Below, piece by piece: positions 29,130-38,033 of a stretch of 64,000 nt of DNA. Under the pieces are notes generated by a model. It made no database searches. It was not told where the DNA came from and saw nothing but the letters and a program-made list of their open reading frames with translations. The stretch is from the NCBI GenBank assembly GCA_943372025.1, contig CALRXC020000002.1, positions 24,560 through 88,559 of the forward strand, read 5' to 3'. This DNA comes from Synechococcus sp. UW140 (GTDB lineage: Bacteria > Cyanobacteriota > Cyanobacteriia > PCC-6307 > Cyanobiaceae). The position numbers were made by a program, and so were the translations under genes. Numbering within the stretch: position 1 is the stretch's first letter; the number at the start of each line of letters is the position of its first letter.

Positions 29130-30668
29130 ATGGCACGACCCCGCTGGCACCGAATCCCATCGCCCCAGGGCAGCCGTATCGGCCGGCTCTGGGACCGATC
29201 GGTGGCGCTCTGGGCGACCCTCAATCTGGTGCTGGTGGGATTCGATCTCACCTACGTACCCCTGCGCACCTTTTGGCTGCAGCGGAACCTCTATCCAATC
29301 CCCTCCGTGCCACTGGTGGTGCCGCTCACCATGCTGCCGGACATCACCCCGTGGGTGGATCCAATCAAGGGGATCGAACCGCACCGGGAGACCAGCGCCT
29401 ATCAGCGCCAGTTCCGGGCCCTGGATGCGGCAATGACCCCGGGCCCCGACCAGGGGCCGACCACCAGCACGCTGAACCCGGCGCAGCGAGCCCTGCTGCA
29501 GCGGCAGCTGGAGGCCACCCTCCAGATGATCGACACCAACCCCTTCCAATCCTCAGGAGCCAGCGGCACCCTGGAGAAGATCAAGGGTCGGCTGCGCCAG
29601 CGGGCCAACCTCGACTCCGCAAAGCAATCCGCCACCACCTTATTGAGCCCGGCCTGGATGGCCAGCCATCCCTGGAGCCAGGAACGGCGCTTCTGGAACG
29701 AGCAGGTGCTCCCCCTGGTGGCCACGAACTACTGGCGATCGATCGATGAGAACGGTCGCCCCACCGACCACTTCTGGCGCATCGACCTGCTGCTATTCCA
29801 AAGCGTCTTCGCTGTGGATATCTTGCTGCGGGCCCTGCGGCTGCGGCGTCGACTGCCCGGGCTGAGCTGGCGCGATGCCTTCCTCAGGCGCTGGATCGAT
29901 CTGCCCCTACTGCTCCCCTTCTGGCGCTGGCTACGGCTGGCGCCGGTGCTCGAACGTCTGCAGACCAGCGGCCTGATCAGCATCGAACCCCTGAGGGCGG
30001 TGGTGAGCCGGGGCGTGGTGGCGCTGCTGGCGGTGGAGTTGTTCGAGGTGCTCGCTCTCCAACTTCTGGATGGCCTGCAGCAGCTGATCCGCTCCCCGCG
30101 CTGGCCGGCCAGGATCCGATCGCTGAGGTCCCACCAGACGGTGGTGAACCATGAGCAGCGGGAGCTGGTGGAATTGATCAGAATCTGGGCACCCCTGCTG
30201 CTGGTGCAGGTGGCGCCCCGACTGGCGCCGGAACTGGAGGGGGTGCTCGGTCACGCCCTGCAACAGAGTCTCCAGAGTGCGATCGTTCCACCTGCCCTGC
30301 GCCAGCTGCAGCCGGTGCTGGAGGTGGAGAAGGGCTTCAGCCGCCAACTGGCGGGAGGAGTGGTCGACAGCCTGCTCGACCTGACCCGAAGCACCGGCAC
30401 ACGCCTGGGGCGACGAGATGATGAACAACTGGCCCTGCTGCAGCGCTTCGTGGACCGCTTCTGGGAGGAGCTTGCGATGGCCTTGGAAAGCGGCCCGGCC
30501 CTGGAGCGCTCCCAAGCGCTGCTCTGCGCCCTGATCGAGGAGGTGAAGCGCACCTACCTGCGCCAGATCAGTCGTGCGGGCGTGGGCGTGCTGATCGAGG
30601 AACTCGATCAGATCATCGTGCAGGGGGAAAGGCCGCCAGAGAGCATCACTCCGCCACCGAGGGCTTGA
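29130..30668 (+). CDS. Conserved-type hypothetical membrane protein with voltage-sensor-like S1-S4 segments
   Basis: 512-aa ORF with strong coding character. Segments LNLVLVGFD, IDLLLFQSVFAVDILLR, WIDLPLLLP and RWLRL. Confidence 0.8.
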   Translation: MARPRWHRIPSPQGSRIGRLWDRSVALWATLNLVLVGFDLTYVPLRTFWLQRNLYPIPSVPLVVPLTMLPDITPWVDPIKGIEPHRETSAYQRQFRALDAAMTPGPDQGPTTSTLNPAQRALLQRQLEATLQMIDTNPFQSSGASGTLEKIKGRLRQRANLDSAKQSATTLLSPAWMASHPWSQERRFWNEQVLPLVATNYWRSIDENGRPTDHFWRIDLLLFQSVFAVDILLRALRLRRRLPGLSWRDAFLRRWIDLPLLLPFWRWLRLAPVLERLQTSGLISIEPLRAVVSRGVVALLAVELFEVLALQLLDGLQQLIRSPRWPARIRSLRSHQTVVNHEQRELVELIRIWAPLLLVQVAPRLAPELEGVLGHALQQSLQSAIVPPALRQLQPVLEVEKGFSRQLAGGVVDSLLDLTRSTGTRLGRRDDEQLALLQRFVDRFWEELAMALESGPALERSQALLCALIEEVKRTYLRQISRAGVGVLIEELDQIIVQGERPPESITPPPRA

Positions 30669-31020
30669 GCAAGGTCCGCCACTCCTGGGGGCGAAAACCG
30701 GTCAGAATCCTCCCCTGGGCCGTGATCAGAAAGGGGCGTTTGATCAGCATCCCATCAGCCGCAAGGGCATCAAGGGCCGCGCCTTCATCCAAGGCGGCGA
30801 CCCGCACGGCGCCCAGAGCCCGGTAACGCTGGCCACTGGTGTTGAACAGGCGAGCCCTCGTTCCAAGCTGATCCAGCGCCACCTCAAGCTCCTGCCTGGA
30901 GGGGGGAGTGCGGGTGATGTCAACCACCTCAGCGCTGATGCCCTGCTCCTTAAGCCAGGCAAGGGCCTTGCGGCAGGTTGCGCAAGGCCCATAGGAGTAG
31001 ACGCGAACGCTGCCTGCCAA
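30646..31020 (-). CDS. ArsC/Spx/MgsR-family protein
   Basis: YSYGPCATCRKA (CxxC), LFNTSGQRYR and MLIKRPFL. Confidence 0.9.
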   Translation of the reverse strand: MAGSVRVYSYGPCATCRKALAWLKEQGISAEVVDITRTPPSRQELEVALDQLGTRARLFNTSGQRYRALGAVRVAALDEGAALDALAADGMLIKRPFLITAQGRILTGFRPQEWRTLLKPSVAE

Positions 31021-31068
31021 GGGGGTGGAGGAATCGGTGGTGGGTCAGGCGGATGGGCCTGGTGGGAC

Positions 31069-31431
31069 TCAGCCGCGACCCACCAGCGCCTTGAGGGCGC
31101 CAACGAGGCTGTTGGAGCCCTTGCCCACCCCTTCGGAGGGACGGGTGCGGACCGTGACATCCCCGTTCACGGTGGTGCGGCAGCTGAGGCGGTAGCTGGC
31201 AGGACGATCGGCGAGGTAGACCTCCTCCACATCGCTGCGGGGAGAAAGATTGCGAGCCCCCTCGAGAACTTCCACCACACAGGTGCCGCACTGGCCGAGG
31301 CCACCGCAGTTGTTGAAGTTGTTGAGGCCTTTGTAGGGGTTGATGCCCGCGTCAAGGGCCGCCTTGCGGAGGTTGGCGCCCTCGATGCAACCCACCTGCT
31401 GGCCTTCCTGGTCAAAACGGATGGTGGGCAC
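31069..31431 (-). CDS. 2Fe-2S ferredoxin-like protein
   Basis: NCGGLGQCGTC...RLSC cysteine pattern. Confidence 0.93.
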   Translation of the reverse strand: MPTIRFDQEGQQVGCIEGANLRKAALDAGINPYKGLNNFNNCGGLGQCGTCVVEVLEGARNLSPRSDVEEVYLADRPASYRLSCRTTVNGDVTVRTRPSEGVGKGSNSLVGALKALVGRG

Positions 31432-31594
31432 GGTCGTCGGGGGATACGGCGCCGATCAACTTAAGGCACGCCCAACCCAGCCCCCCCCCGGGATGGCCCA
31501 GCTCCGCAATCGTGTGTTGGCGATCGGGCCCCTCGTCCTTGCCCGAGCATGTGGTCTCGCACGCGGGGTTCCGGTTGGTGGGTCCCTGCCTACG

Positions 31595-32392
31595 ATGACT
31601 CCGTCGGGCTGGAGGGTCGTGGCTGGGGTGGAAACAGGTGTGGGCCCAGGTGCGGAATCCGGCCTCCCCACAGGTGTGGAAATTGACGATGAACAAAACG
31701 TCACCCGGCTGATTCCTGGCTACGCCAGCCTCGCCCGGTTGGGGGTGGCCCTGCTGGCGGCCTCACCCCTGGCTTCCGCCCAGGGCACCTCGGTGCTGGT
31801 GGCAGGCTGCGGCAGCGGAGCCGAGTTGCTCGAGGCCCGTGCCCAGCGTCCCGACTGGCAGCTCACCGCTCTGGATCCCTCCGCCGCCATGCTCGACCTG
31901 GCCCGCGGACGGTTGGCAGGGCAAGCCGGCATCGACTGGCAGCAGGCCAGCGTGGAAAGCCTTGAGGCTCGGGACCGCTTTGATGGCGCCCTGGCCGTGC
32001 TGGTGCTTCAGGCCCTGCCCGACGATGGCAGCAAGCTCGCTTTTCTCACCGCCTTGGCCCGCAGCCTTCGGCCCGGCGGACAGGTTGTCCTGGTGGATCT
32101 GATGCAGCCGGAACGCTCGCCGATCCAGCCGCAGCTCCGGAAAGCCCGTCTCGGTTTCCAGCGGGCCAGTGGCCTCGCCGCCGACTCCACTGCGGAGGAT
32201 CGGGGGGCACTGCCGATCCCAGGGGCGGATTCGGCAGCCAGGGTTGCGCGGGCCGTGGACCTCACCAGTGGTTTGCACCCGATCGGCCTCTCCAGGCTCA
32301 CCGCCCTGGTCGAAGCCGCCGGTTTCGGTGATCCCGCTCCGGTGTACCAGGCGCTTGATGTGGAGGGGTTCCTGCTGCAGCGCCGGGACTAA
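31595..32392 (+). CDS. Class I SAM-dependent methyltransferase
   Basis: RLIPGY, VLVAGCGSGAEL (motif I), LDPSAAML and LRPGGQVVLVD. Start uncertain. Confidence 0.88.
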   Translation: MTPSGWRVVAGVETGVGPGAESGLPTGVEIDDEQNVTRLIPGYASLARLGVALLAASPLASAQGTSVLVAGCGSGAELLEARAQRPDWQLTALDPSAAMLDLARGRLAGQAGIDWQQASVESLEARDRFDGALAVLVLQALPDDGSKLAFLTALARSLRPGGQVVLVDLMQPERSPIQPQLRKARLGFQRASGLAADSTAEDRGALPIPGADSAARVARAVDLTSGLHPIGLSRLTALVEAAGFGDPAPVYQALDVEGFLLQRRD

Positions 32393-32907
32393 AGCCCAGC
32401 GTCGGCAGCCGCCCGGCACCGCGCCAATAACTCCGGCACCGCACCGTGATCGAGCCAGCCGAGAATGGTGATCGTGCGGCCCTCCAGGCTCCGGTACGTG
32501 CGGAAAAACTCAGTCACGTCAGCCAGCTGGGTGGGAGCAATCTGGTCGATGCTCGTGATCCCATCCTTGCGGGAATCGGCAACGGGCACGCAGAGCAACT
32601 TGCCGTCACGATGGCCGCTATCGATCAGGTCCAGACATCCGATCGGCCGGGCACGGATCAGGCATCCCGCGAAGGTGGGTTCATCCATGATCACCATGCC
32701 GTCGAGGGGAGCACCATCCTCGGCGAGGGTGCCAGGCACGAAGCCGTAGTCGAAGGGATAGCGCACCGAAGAGTGCAGTACCCGATCAAGAACCATCACC
32801 CCGGTTGCAGGATCAAACTGATACTTATTGCGGCTTCCTGCTGGTATCTCCACCAGGAGATTCACCAACCCCGGTGCTGGACAGGCTGGAAGGGTTGTGA
32901 GATCCAT
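32389..32907 (-). CDS. ppa: Inorganic pyrophosphatase, family I (paralogue 1)
   Basis: VEIPAGSRNKY, LDRVL, YPFDYGF, DGAPLD, DGKL and FFRTYR. Confidence 0.92.
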   Translation of the reverse strand: MDLTTLPACPAPGLVNLLVEIPAGSRNKYQFDPATGVMVLDRVLHSSVRYPFDYGFVPGTLAEDGAPLDGMVIMDEPTFAGCLIRARPIGCLDLIDSGHRDGKLLCVPVADSRKDGITSIDQIAPTQLADVTEFFRTYRSLEGRTITILGWLDHGAVPELLARCRAAADAGL

Positions 32908-33328
32908 GCCGCTGACTGCTGTTTAACACCTTAGGCAGTAGCGAGCCGGTCGGTTGATTCTCGCGGTCCAGAACCACGCTGGTCAGGGGAACGAGCAGCG
33001 TGAGCAGGGCGATGGCCACCCCACCGAGCCAACCGAGTCCCTGGCCGAGATCTTCGCTGGGGTCGAGAGGGCTTACCGGAAATCGATCGGTGCGCGCCTC
33101 ATGGTTCATCAACGCAGCTGGCGCGTCGCTGCTGGTCGGGCGCAGGGGCGTAGAAGGGGCGGCTGGAGAGGGCTCCCTAAATCGTCGGTAAGCGTCCCCA
33201 CCGGGGGGAGGATCTTCATCACCCTCCCCGAGGACATCCGAGGGTGTTGGTGGTTCAGAGGACCCGGAGGTTAGACAATCGGGTAGGAAGACAAGACGCG
33301 CGCGGCGCCGGGTAGGGACAAAATCCAT
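32825..33328 (-). CDS. Hypothetical protein with low-complexity N-terminus and one TM helix
   Basis: GWLGGVAIALLTLLVPLTSVVLDR hydrophobic segment. Lies between the HTH gene and ppa, and its 3' end overlaps the ppa start. Boundaries uncertain. Confidence 0.55.
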   Translation of the reverse strand: MDFVPTRRRARLVFLPDCLTSGSSEPPTPSDVLGEGDEDPPPGGDAYRRFREPSPAAPSTPLRPTSSDAPAALMNHEARTDRFPVSPLDPSEDLGQGLGWLGGVAIALLTLLVPLTSVVLDRENQPTGSLLPKVLNSSQRHGSHNPSSLSSTGVGESPGGDTSRKPQ

Positions 33329-33418
33329 GTATTGGTGGCACGCAAGGAGAGCGGGCCACTGGAGCGGCAGAGGGATGCCGTGATAAAGAGAAATCTATTC
33401 TGACACCATCGAGCCCGA

Positions 33419-33955
33419 TTATGCAGCCGGTCGAGACTGGTTGTGAAGTTGGCGGGGGGTGACGTGGGTGGTCGGTAACCCATCGAGCCCATCCAACCGC
33501 TGTCGAATTCCCCGCAGCTCCTCAAGGATGGAACTGAGAAGATGTTGGGTGGCCGTGGAGGGGGAGTTGAGCACTTCCACCGTCACCTCCTTGATCCTCA
33601 GCACATCCCGTGCGAACCGGGCGACCTCGTTGGGATGGAAGAGAAGTGGTTCCTTCTGATCGCTGCGGTATTCGGGATTGAGCTTGCGGGGGTTAAAGGG
33701 CGGATTGAGGTTGCGGGGGTCGGTGTTGGTGTAGCGATACACCGAGGCCCGCGACCGGTTGAGGCACTTCTGAACTTCGTCGATCATCATCAAAGAATTG
33801 TCAGGGGCAGCGCCTCCGTCTTCGGAGAAGGATCCGGCCATGGTTGGGCTGCCCTCGCTGACCTCGCTGACCGTTGGATGGTCGTAACCCTGGCTAGCCG
33901 GCTGTCCATAGGACCCTTGGGGACCAGCTTGGACAGCAGCGGGCTGGGAAAACAT
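33419..33955 (-). CDS. Excisionase/AlpA/MerR-like winged-HTH protein (often auto-annotated resolvase)
   Basis: MIDEVQKCLNRSRASVYRY HTH, FHPNEVARFARDVL wing and a C-terminal coiled coil. Alternative start at 33841. Confidence 0.85.
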   Translation of the reverse strand: MFSQPAAVQAGPQGSYGQPASQGYDHPTVSEVSEGSPTMAGSFSEDGGAAPDNSLMMIDEVQKCLNRSRASVYRYTNTDPRNLNPPFNPRKLNPEYRSDQKEPLLFHPNEVARFARDVLRIKEVTVEVLNSPSTATQHLLSSILEELRGIRQRLDGLDGLPTTHVTPRQLHNQSRPAA

Positions 33956-34094
33956 GGGCTGTTACTGGCTTGGTCATCGTGGTTGGCGACCTTAGCAGAG
34001 GTTTTTGCAGAGATTGGTTATCGGCGAAACCTTCGCGCCGCCGCCCTGATGGTGGGGTGGTAATCTCCGCCCGCCGGTCGGTGATTCCTGGGTC

Positions 34095-36035
34095 ATGCGC
34101 GTCTCCCGCCTCATGCTGGTGACGTTGCGGGATGATCCGGCCGAAGCCGAAATACCCTCCCACAAGCTGCTGTTGAGGGCCGGATACATCCGCAGATTGG
34201 GATCAGGGATCTACGCCTACCTGCCCTTGTTTTGGCGTGTGTTGCAGAAGATCTCCGCCATCGTGCGCCAGGAGATGGATGCCACGGGCGCCCTCGAAAC
34301 CCTGTTGCCGCAGCTTCAGCCGGCAGACCTCTGGCAACGCAGCGGCCGCTGGGCCGGCTACACGGCTGGTGAAGGCATCATGTTCCATCTGGAGGATCGC
34401 CAAGGTCGGGAACTGGGACTCGGTCCCACCCATGAGGAGGTGATCACGGCCCTGGCGGCGGATCTGCTGCGCTCCTACCGGCAATTGCCGGTGAATCTTT
34501 ATCAGATTCAGACCAAGTTTCGCGATGAGATCCGTCCCCGCTTCGGTCTGATGCGGGGGCGCGAGTTCATCATGAAGGACGCCTATTCCTTCCACGCCGA
34601 CGAAGCCTCTCTGCGCCAGACCTATGCGGCCATGGACGGGGCCTACCGGCGCATCTTCCGCCGCTGCGGACTGAAAGCCGTGGCCGTGGAAGCCGACAGC
34701 GGTGCGATCGGCGGCTCCGCCAGCCAGGAGTTCATGGTCACCGCCGACGCGGGCGAGGATCTGATCCTCACCAGTGCCGATGGACGCTATGCCGCCAACC
34801 AGGAGCGGGCGGTGTCCCTGCCTGCTGCGCCTGTGGAGCTGCCGGGGGGGCTGCGGAGCGGGGGCAGCGGCGAGCTCCTGCCCACCCCGGGCCAGACCAC
34901 GATCGAGCAGCTGGTGGCCGCCCATGGATTCGATGCCAGCCAAGTGGTCAAGGTGCTGCTGCTGTTGGCCCGCTTCGAGGATGGCCTCCGCCAGCCGTTG
35001 CTGATCAGCCTGCGGGGTGACCAGCAGCTCAACGAGGTGAAGCTGGCCAACGCGGTCTCCGCCCGGCTGGCTGGCGACCATGGCGTTCTGCTGGGGATCG
35101 ATCCGCTGAGCTCTGAGCTGGTCGCGGAGCTGAACCGCAGCGAAGGGCGGGCCATCGATCTTTCCCACCTCCCCCTGGGCTACCTAGGACCGGATCTGGA
35201 GGATGGAGTGTTGACGGCAACACGCCCTTCCCAGGTGGTTGAGGGTCGGGAATCCAGGGCGGGAAGTGCCGGTGCTGCGGCCATGCCGCAACCGCCCCGC
35301 CCACACCTGTCAAAACGCTTCCTGCGCCTCACCGACCCCACCGCCGCCGACCTGCCGGCTTTCGTGTGCGGCGCCAACCAGGTGGATCAGCATCGGATCG
35401 GGGCCAGCTGGGAAGGTCTGGGACTGCAGCCTGAGTTGGTGGACCTGCGGGCCGCCCAACCGGGAGATCGCTGCCTGCACGACCCGAGCCAGACCCTGGC
35501 GGCGGCCCGCGGCATTGAGGTGGGCCACATCTTCCAGCTGGGCAGGAAGTATTCCGATGCGATGGAGGCGCGCTTCACCACCGAAAAAGGCGTCGAGGAG
35601 AGCCTCTGGATGGGCTGCTACGGCATCGGGGTGTCGCGGCTGGCCCAGGCGGCGGTGGAGCAGAACCACGATGCCAAGGGCATCCGCTGGCCGCTGGCGA
35701 TCGCCCCCTTCGAGGTGATCGTGGTGAGCGCCAGCGCCCAGGACCCCTTGCAGGGCACCCTCGCTGAGGAGATCTACAACCGCCTGCGCTGCGCCGGAGT
35801 CGATGCCCTTCTCGACGACCGCGATGAGCGTGCCGGGGTGAAATTCAAAGATGCCGATCTGATCGGCATCCCCTGGCGGGTTGTGGTGGGCCGTGGCGCC
35901 CCCGATGGCCAGGTTGAACTGGTGTGCCGTGACGACGGGCAACGGCGCGACCTGACCGTCGAAGCGGCCCTTGAGGCCCTGCTGGAGGTGATCCCGGCTG
36001 GCCGCTCCGGAGTCGAGAACGGCGTGGAGGCCTGA
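34095..36035 (+). CDS. proS: Proline--tRNA ligase (bacterial type with INS editing domain)
   Basis: GYIRRLGSGIY, LGPTHEE, KFRDEIRPRFGLMRGREFIMKDAY, GIEVGHIFQLG and GVKFKDADLIG. Confidence 0.98.
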   Translation: MRVSRLMLVTLRDDPAEAEIPSHKLLLRAGYIRRLGSGIYAYLPLFWRVLQKISAIVRQEMDATGALETLLPQLQPADLWQRSGRWAGYTAGEGIMFHLEDRQGRELGLGPTHEEVITALAADLLRSYRQLPVNLYQIQTKFRDEIRPRFGLMRGREFIMKDAYSFHADEASLRQTYAAMDGAYRRIFRRCGLKAVAVEADSGAIGGSASQEFMVTADAGEDLILTSADGRYAANQERAVSLPAAPVELPGGLRSGGSGELLPTPGQTTIEQLVAAHGFDASQVVKVLLLLARFEDGLRQPLLISLRGDQQLNEVKLANAVSARLAGDHGVLLGIDPLSSELVAELNRSEGRAIDLSHLPLGYLGPDLEDGVLTATRPSQVVEGRESRAGSAGAAAMPQPPRPHLSKRFLRLTDPTAADLPAFVCGANQVDQHRIGASWEGLGLQPELVDLRAAQPGDRCLHDPSQTLAAARGIEVGHIFQLGRKYSDAMEARFTTEKGVEESLWMGCYGIGVSRLAQAAVEQNHDAKGIRWPLAIAPFEVIVVSASAQDPLQGTLAEEIYNRLRCAGVDALLDDRDERAGVKFKDADLIGIPWRVVVGRGAPDGQVELVCRDDGQRRDLTVEAALEALLEVIPAGRSGVENGVEA

Positions 36036-36101
36036 GATCCGGTCCATCAGCCATGCCCCACGGGCTCGCCCGTAAGATCACTTTGATCCGCACGTTCATC
36101 C

Positions 36102-36557
36102 ATGGCCGCCATCCTGCCCCGGACGAGCCGCTGGGCCCGGCGCCTGGTGGACGCCCTGACAGCAACCGCCCTGCGCCCCCTGCTAGCGCTCGGGCTTTGC
36201 CTGTGTTTGAGCCTCACCGCCTGCTCCGGCGCCGCAGACGGCCTCACGGGCAACTACGTGGACGATACGGTGAGCGTGGCCCAAACCCTGCTGACCACCA
36301 TCGCCCTCCCCCAGGAGGATCCGGGCCATGCCCAGGCGGAGGCTGACGTCCGACGCCTGATCAACGACTACATGGCGCGCTACAGGCCTCGCCGAGACGT
36401 GAATGGCCTGGGGTCCTTCACCACCATGCAGACTGCCCTGAACTCCCTGGCGGGCCACTACGCGAATTACGCCAACCGTCCCCTGCCGGATGCCCTGCGC
36501 AGCCGCCTCGAGAAGGAACTTCAGCGGGCCTCTACCAGCGTGGTTCGCGGCGCCTGA
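36102..36557 (+). CDS. psb27: Photosystem II assembly lipoprotein Psb27
   Basis: Lipobox LTAC, GNYVDDTVSV, YMARYR and SFTTMQTALNSLAGHY. Confidence 0.96.
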   Translation: MAAILPRTSRWARRLVDALTATALRPLLALGLCLCLSLTACSGAADGLTGNYVDDTVSVAQTLLTTIALPQEDPGHAQAEADVRRLINDYMARYRPRRDVNGLGSFTTMQTALNSLAGHYANYANRPLPDALRSRLEKELQRASTSVVRGA

Positions 36558-36648
36558 GGCTTGGCGCCTCCTTTAGGGCAAGCAACGGGTTCCCCAGTGT
36601 TTTGACGAAGGGGCCTGTGATCTGAGAACCTTTCTGGTTGTGCTTCTA

Positions 36649-36665
36649 AGCGGCTTCGGGCCGCT
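36649..36665 (+). promoter_or_regulatory. Stem-loop abutting the purA start codon
   Basis: AGCGGC-TTCGG-GCCGCT ends one base before the GTG at 36666. Confidence 0.35.
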
Positions 36666-37985
36666 GTGTCCTTGGCCAACGTTGTCGTCATCGGTGCGCA
36701 GTGGGGCGACGAAGGGAAGGGCAAGATCACCGATCTGCTGAGCCGTTCCGCCGACGTGGTGGTGCGTTATCAGGGCGGCGTGAACGCCGGTCACACGATC
36801 GTCGTTGGTGACCGTGTCCTCAAGCTCCACCTGATTCCCTCAGGAATTCTCTATCCGGACACCACCTGTCTGATTGGCTCGGGCACGGTGGTGGATCCCA
36901 AGGTGATGCTTGGCGAACTCGACATGCTCCGCAGCTACGGGATTGAGGTGAAGGGCCTGAAGCTCGCCGGCACTGCCCATGTGACCATGCCTTATCACCG
37001 CCTGCTGGATCAGGCGATGGAAGAGCGCCGCGGCGACCGCCGCATCGGTACCACCGGCCGCGGCATCGGCCCCACCTATGCGGACAAGTCGGAGCGCAAC
37101 GGCATCCGTGTGATCGACCTGCTCGATACCGAACGGCTGCGGGACCGGCTGCTGGGACCCCTGGCCGAGAAGAACGATCTTCTGCAAAAGGTTTACGGCC
37201 TCGATCCCCTCGATCCCGAGGCGGTGATCGCCGAGTACGCCAGCTATGGCCAGCGACTCGCCCCCCATGTGGTGGATTGCACGCGCACGATCCACGAGGC
37301 CGCCCGGGCCCGCAAGAACATTCTCTTTGAAGGGGCCCAAGGCACCCTGCTCGATCTCGACCATGGCACTTACCCCTACGTGACCTCCTCCAACCCGGTC
37401 TCGGGGGGGGCTTGCATCGGCGCCGGTGTGGGCCCAACCCTGATCGACCGGGTGATCGGCGTGGCCAAGGCCTACACCACCCGGGTGGGCGAGGGTCCGT
37501 TTCCCACCGAACTGGAGGGCAGCCTCAACGACCATCTCTGCGACCGGGGCGGCGAATACGGCACCACCACCGGCCGACGCCGACGCTGCGGCTGGTTCGA
37601 CGGCGTGATAGGCCGCTACGCGGTGCAGGTGAACGGCCTCGACTGCCTGGCGATCACCAAGCTCGATGTGCTCGATGAGCTCGATGAGATCCAGGTGTGC
37701 GTGGCCTACGAACTCGATGGCCAGCGGATCGAGTACTTCCCATCCAGCGCCGATGATTTCGCCCGCTGCCGTCCGATCTTCGAAACCCACCCCGGCTGGA
37801 TGTGCTCCACCGCCGACTGCCGCAAGCTGGAGGACCTCCCCGCCACCGCCCGCGCCTACCTCCGCTTCCTGGCCGAACTGATGGAGGTGCCGATCGCCAT
37901 CGTTTCGCTGGGAGCCCAGCGAGACCAGACGATCGTGGTGGAAGATCCCATCCACGGACCCAAACGCGCTCTCCTGAGTGTCTGA
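36666..37985 (+). CDS. purA: Adenylosuccinate synthase
   Basis: [36 protein letters not shown] and [12 protein letters not shown]. Confidence 0.98.
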   Translation: MSLANVVVIGAQWGDEGKGKITDLLSRSADVVVRYQGGVNAGHTIVVGDRVLKLHLIPSGILYPDTTCLIGSGTVVDPKVMLGELDMLRSYGIEVKGLKLAGTAHVTMPYHRLLDQAMEERRGDRRIGTTGRGIGPTYADKSERNGIRVIDLLDTERLRDRLLGPLAEKNDLLQKVYGLDPLDPEAVIAEYASYGQRLAPHVVDCTRTIHEAARARKNILFEGAQGTLLDLDHGTYPYVTSSNPVSGGACIGAGVGPTLIDRVIGVAKAYTTRVGEGPFPTELEGSLNDHLCDRGGEYGTTTGRRRRCGWFDGVIGRYAVQVNGLDCLAITKLDVLDELDEIQVCVAYELDGQRIEYFPSSADDFARCRPIFETHPGWMCSTADCRKLEDLPATARAYLRFLAELMEVPIAIVSLGAQRDQTIVVEDPIHGPKRALLSV

Positions 37986-38033
37986 GCGGCCCCCCCGGAC
38001 CATGCCCCTGCTTCCTTCACCCCTCCCAACCCC

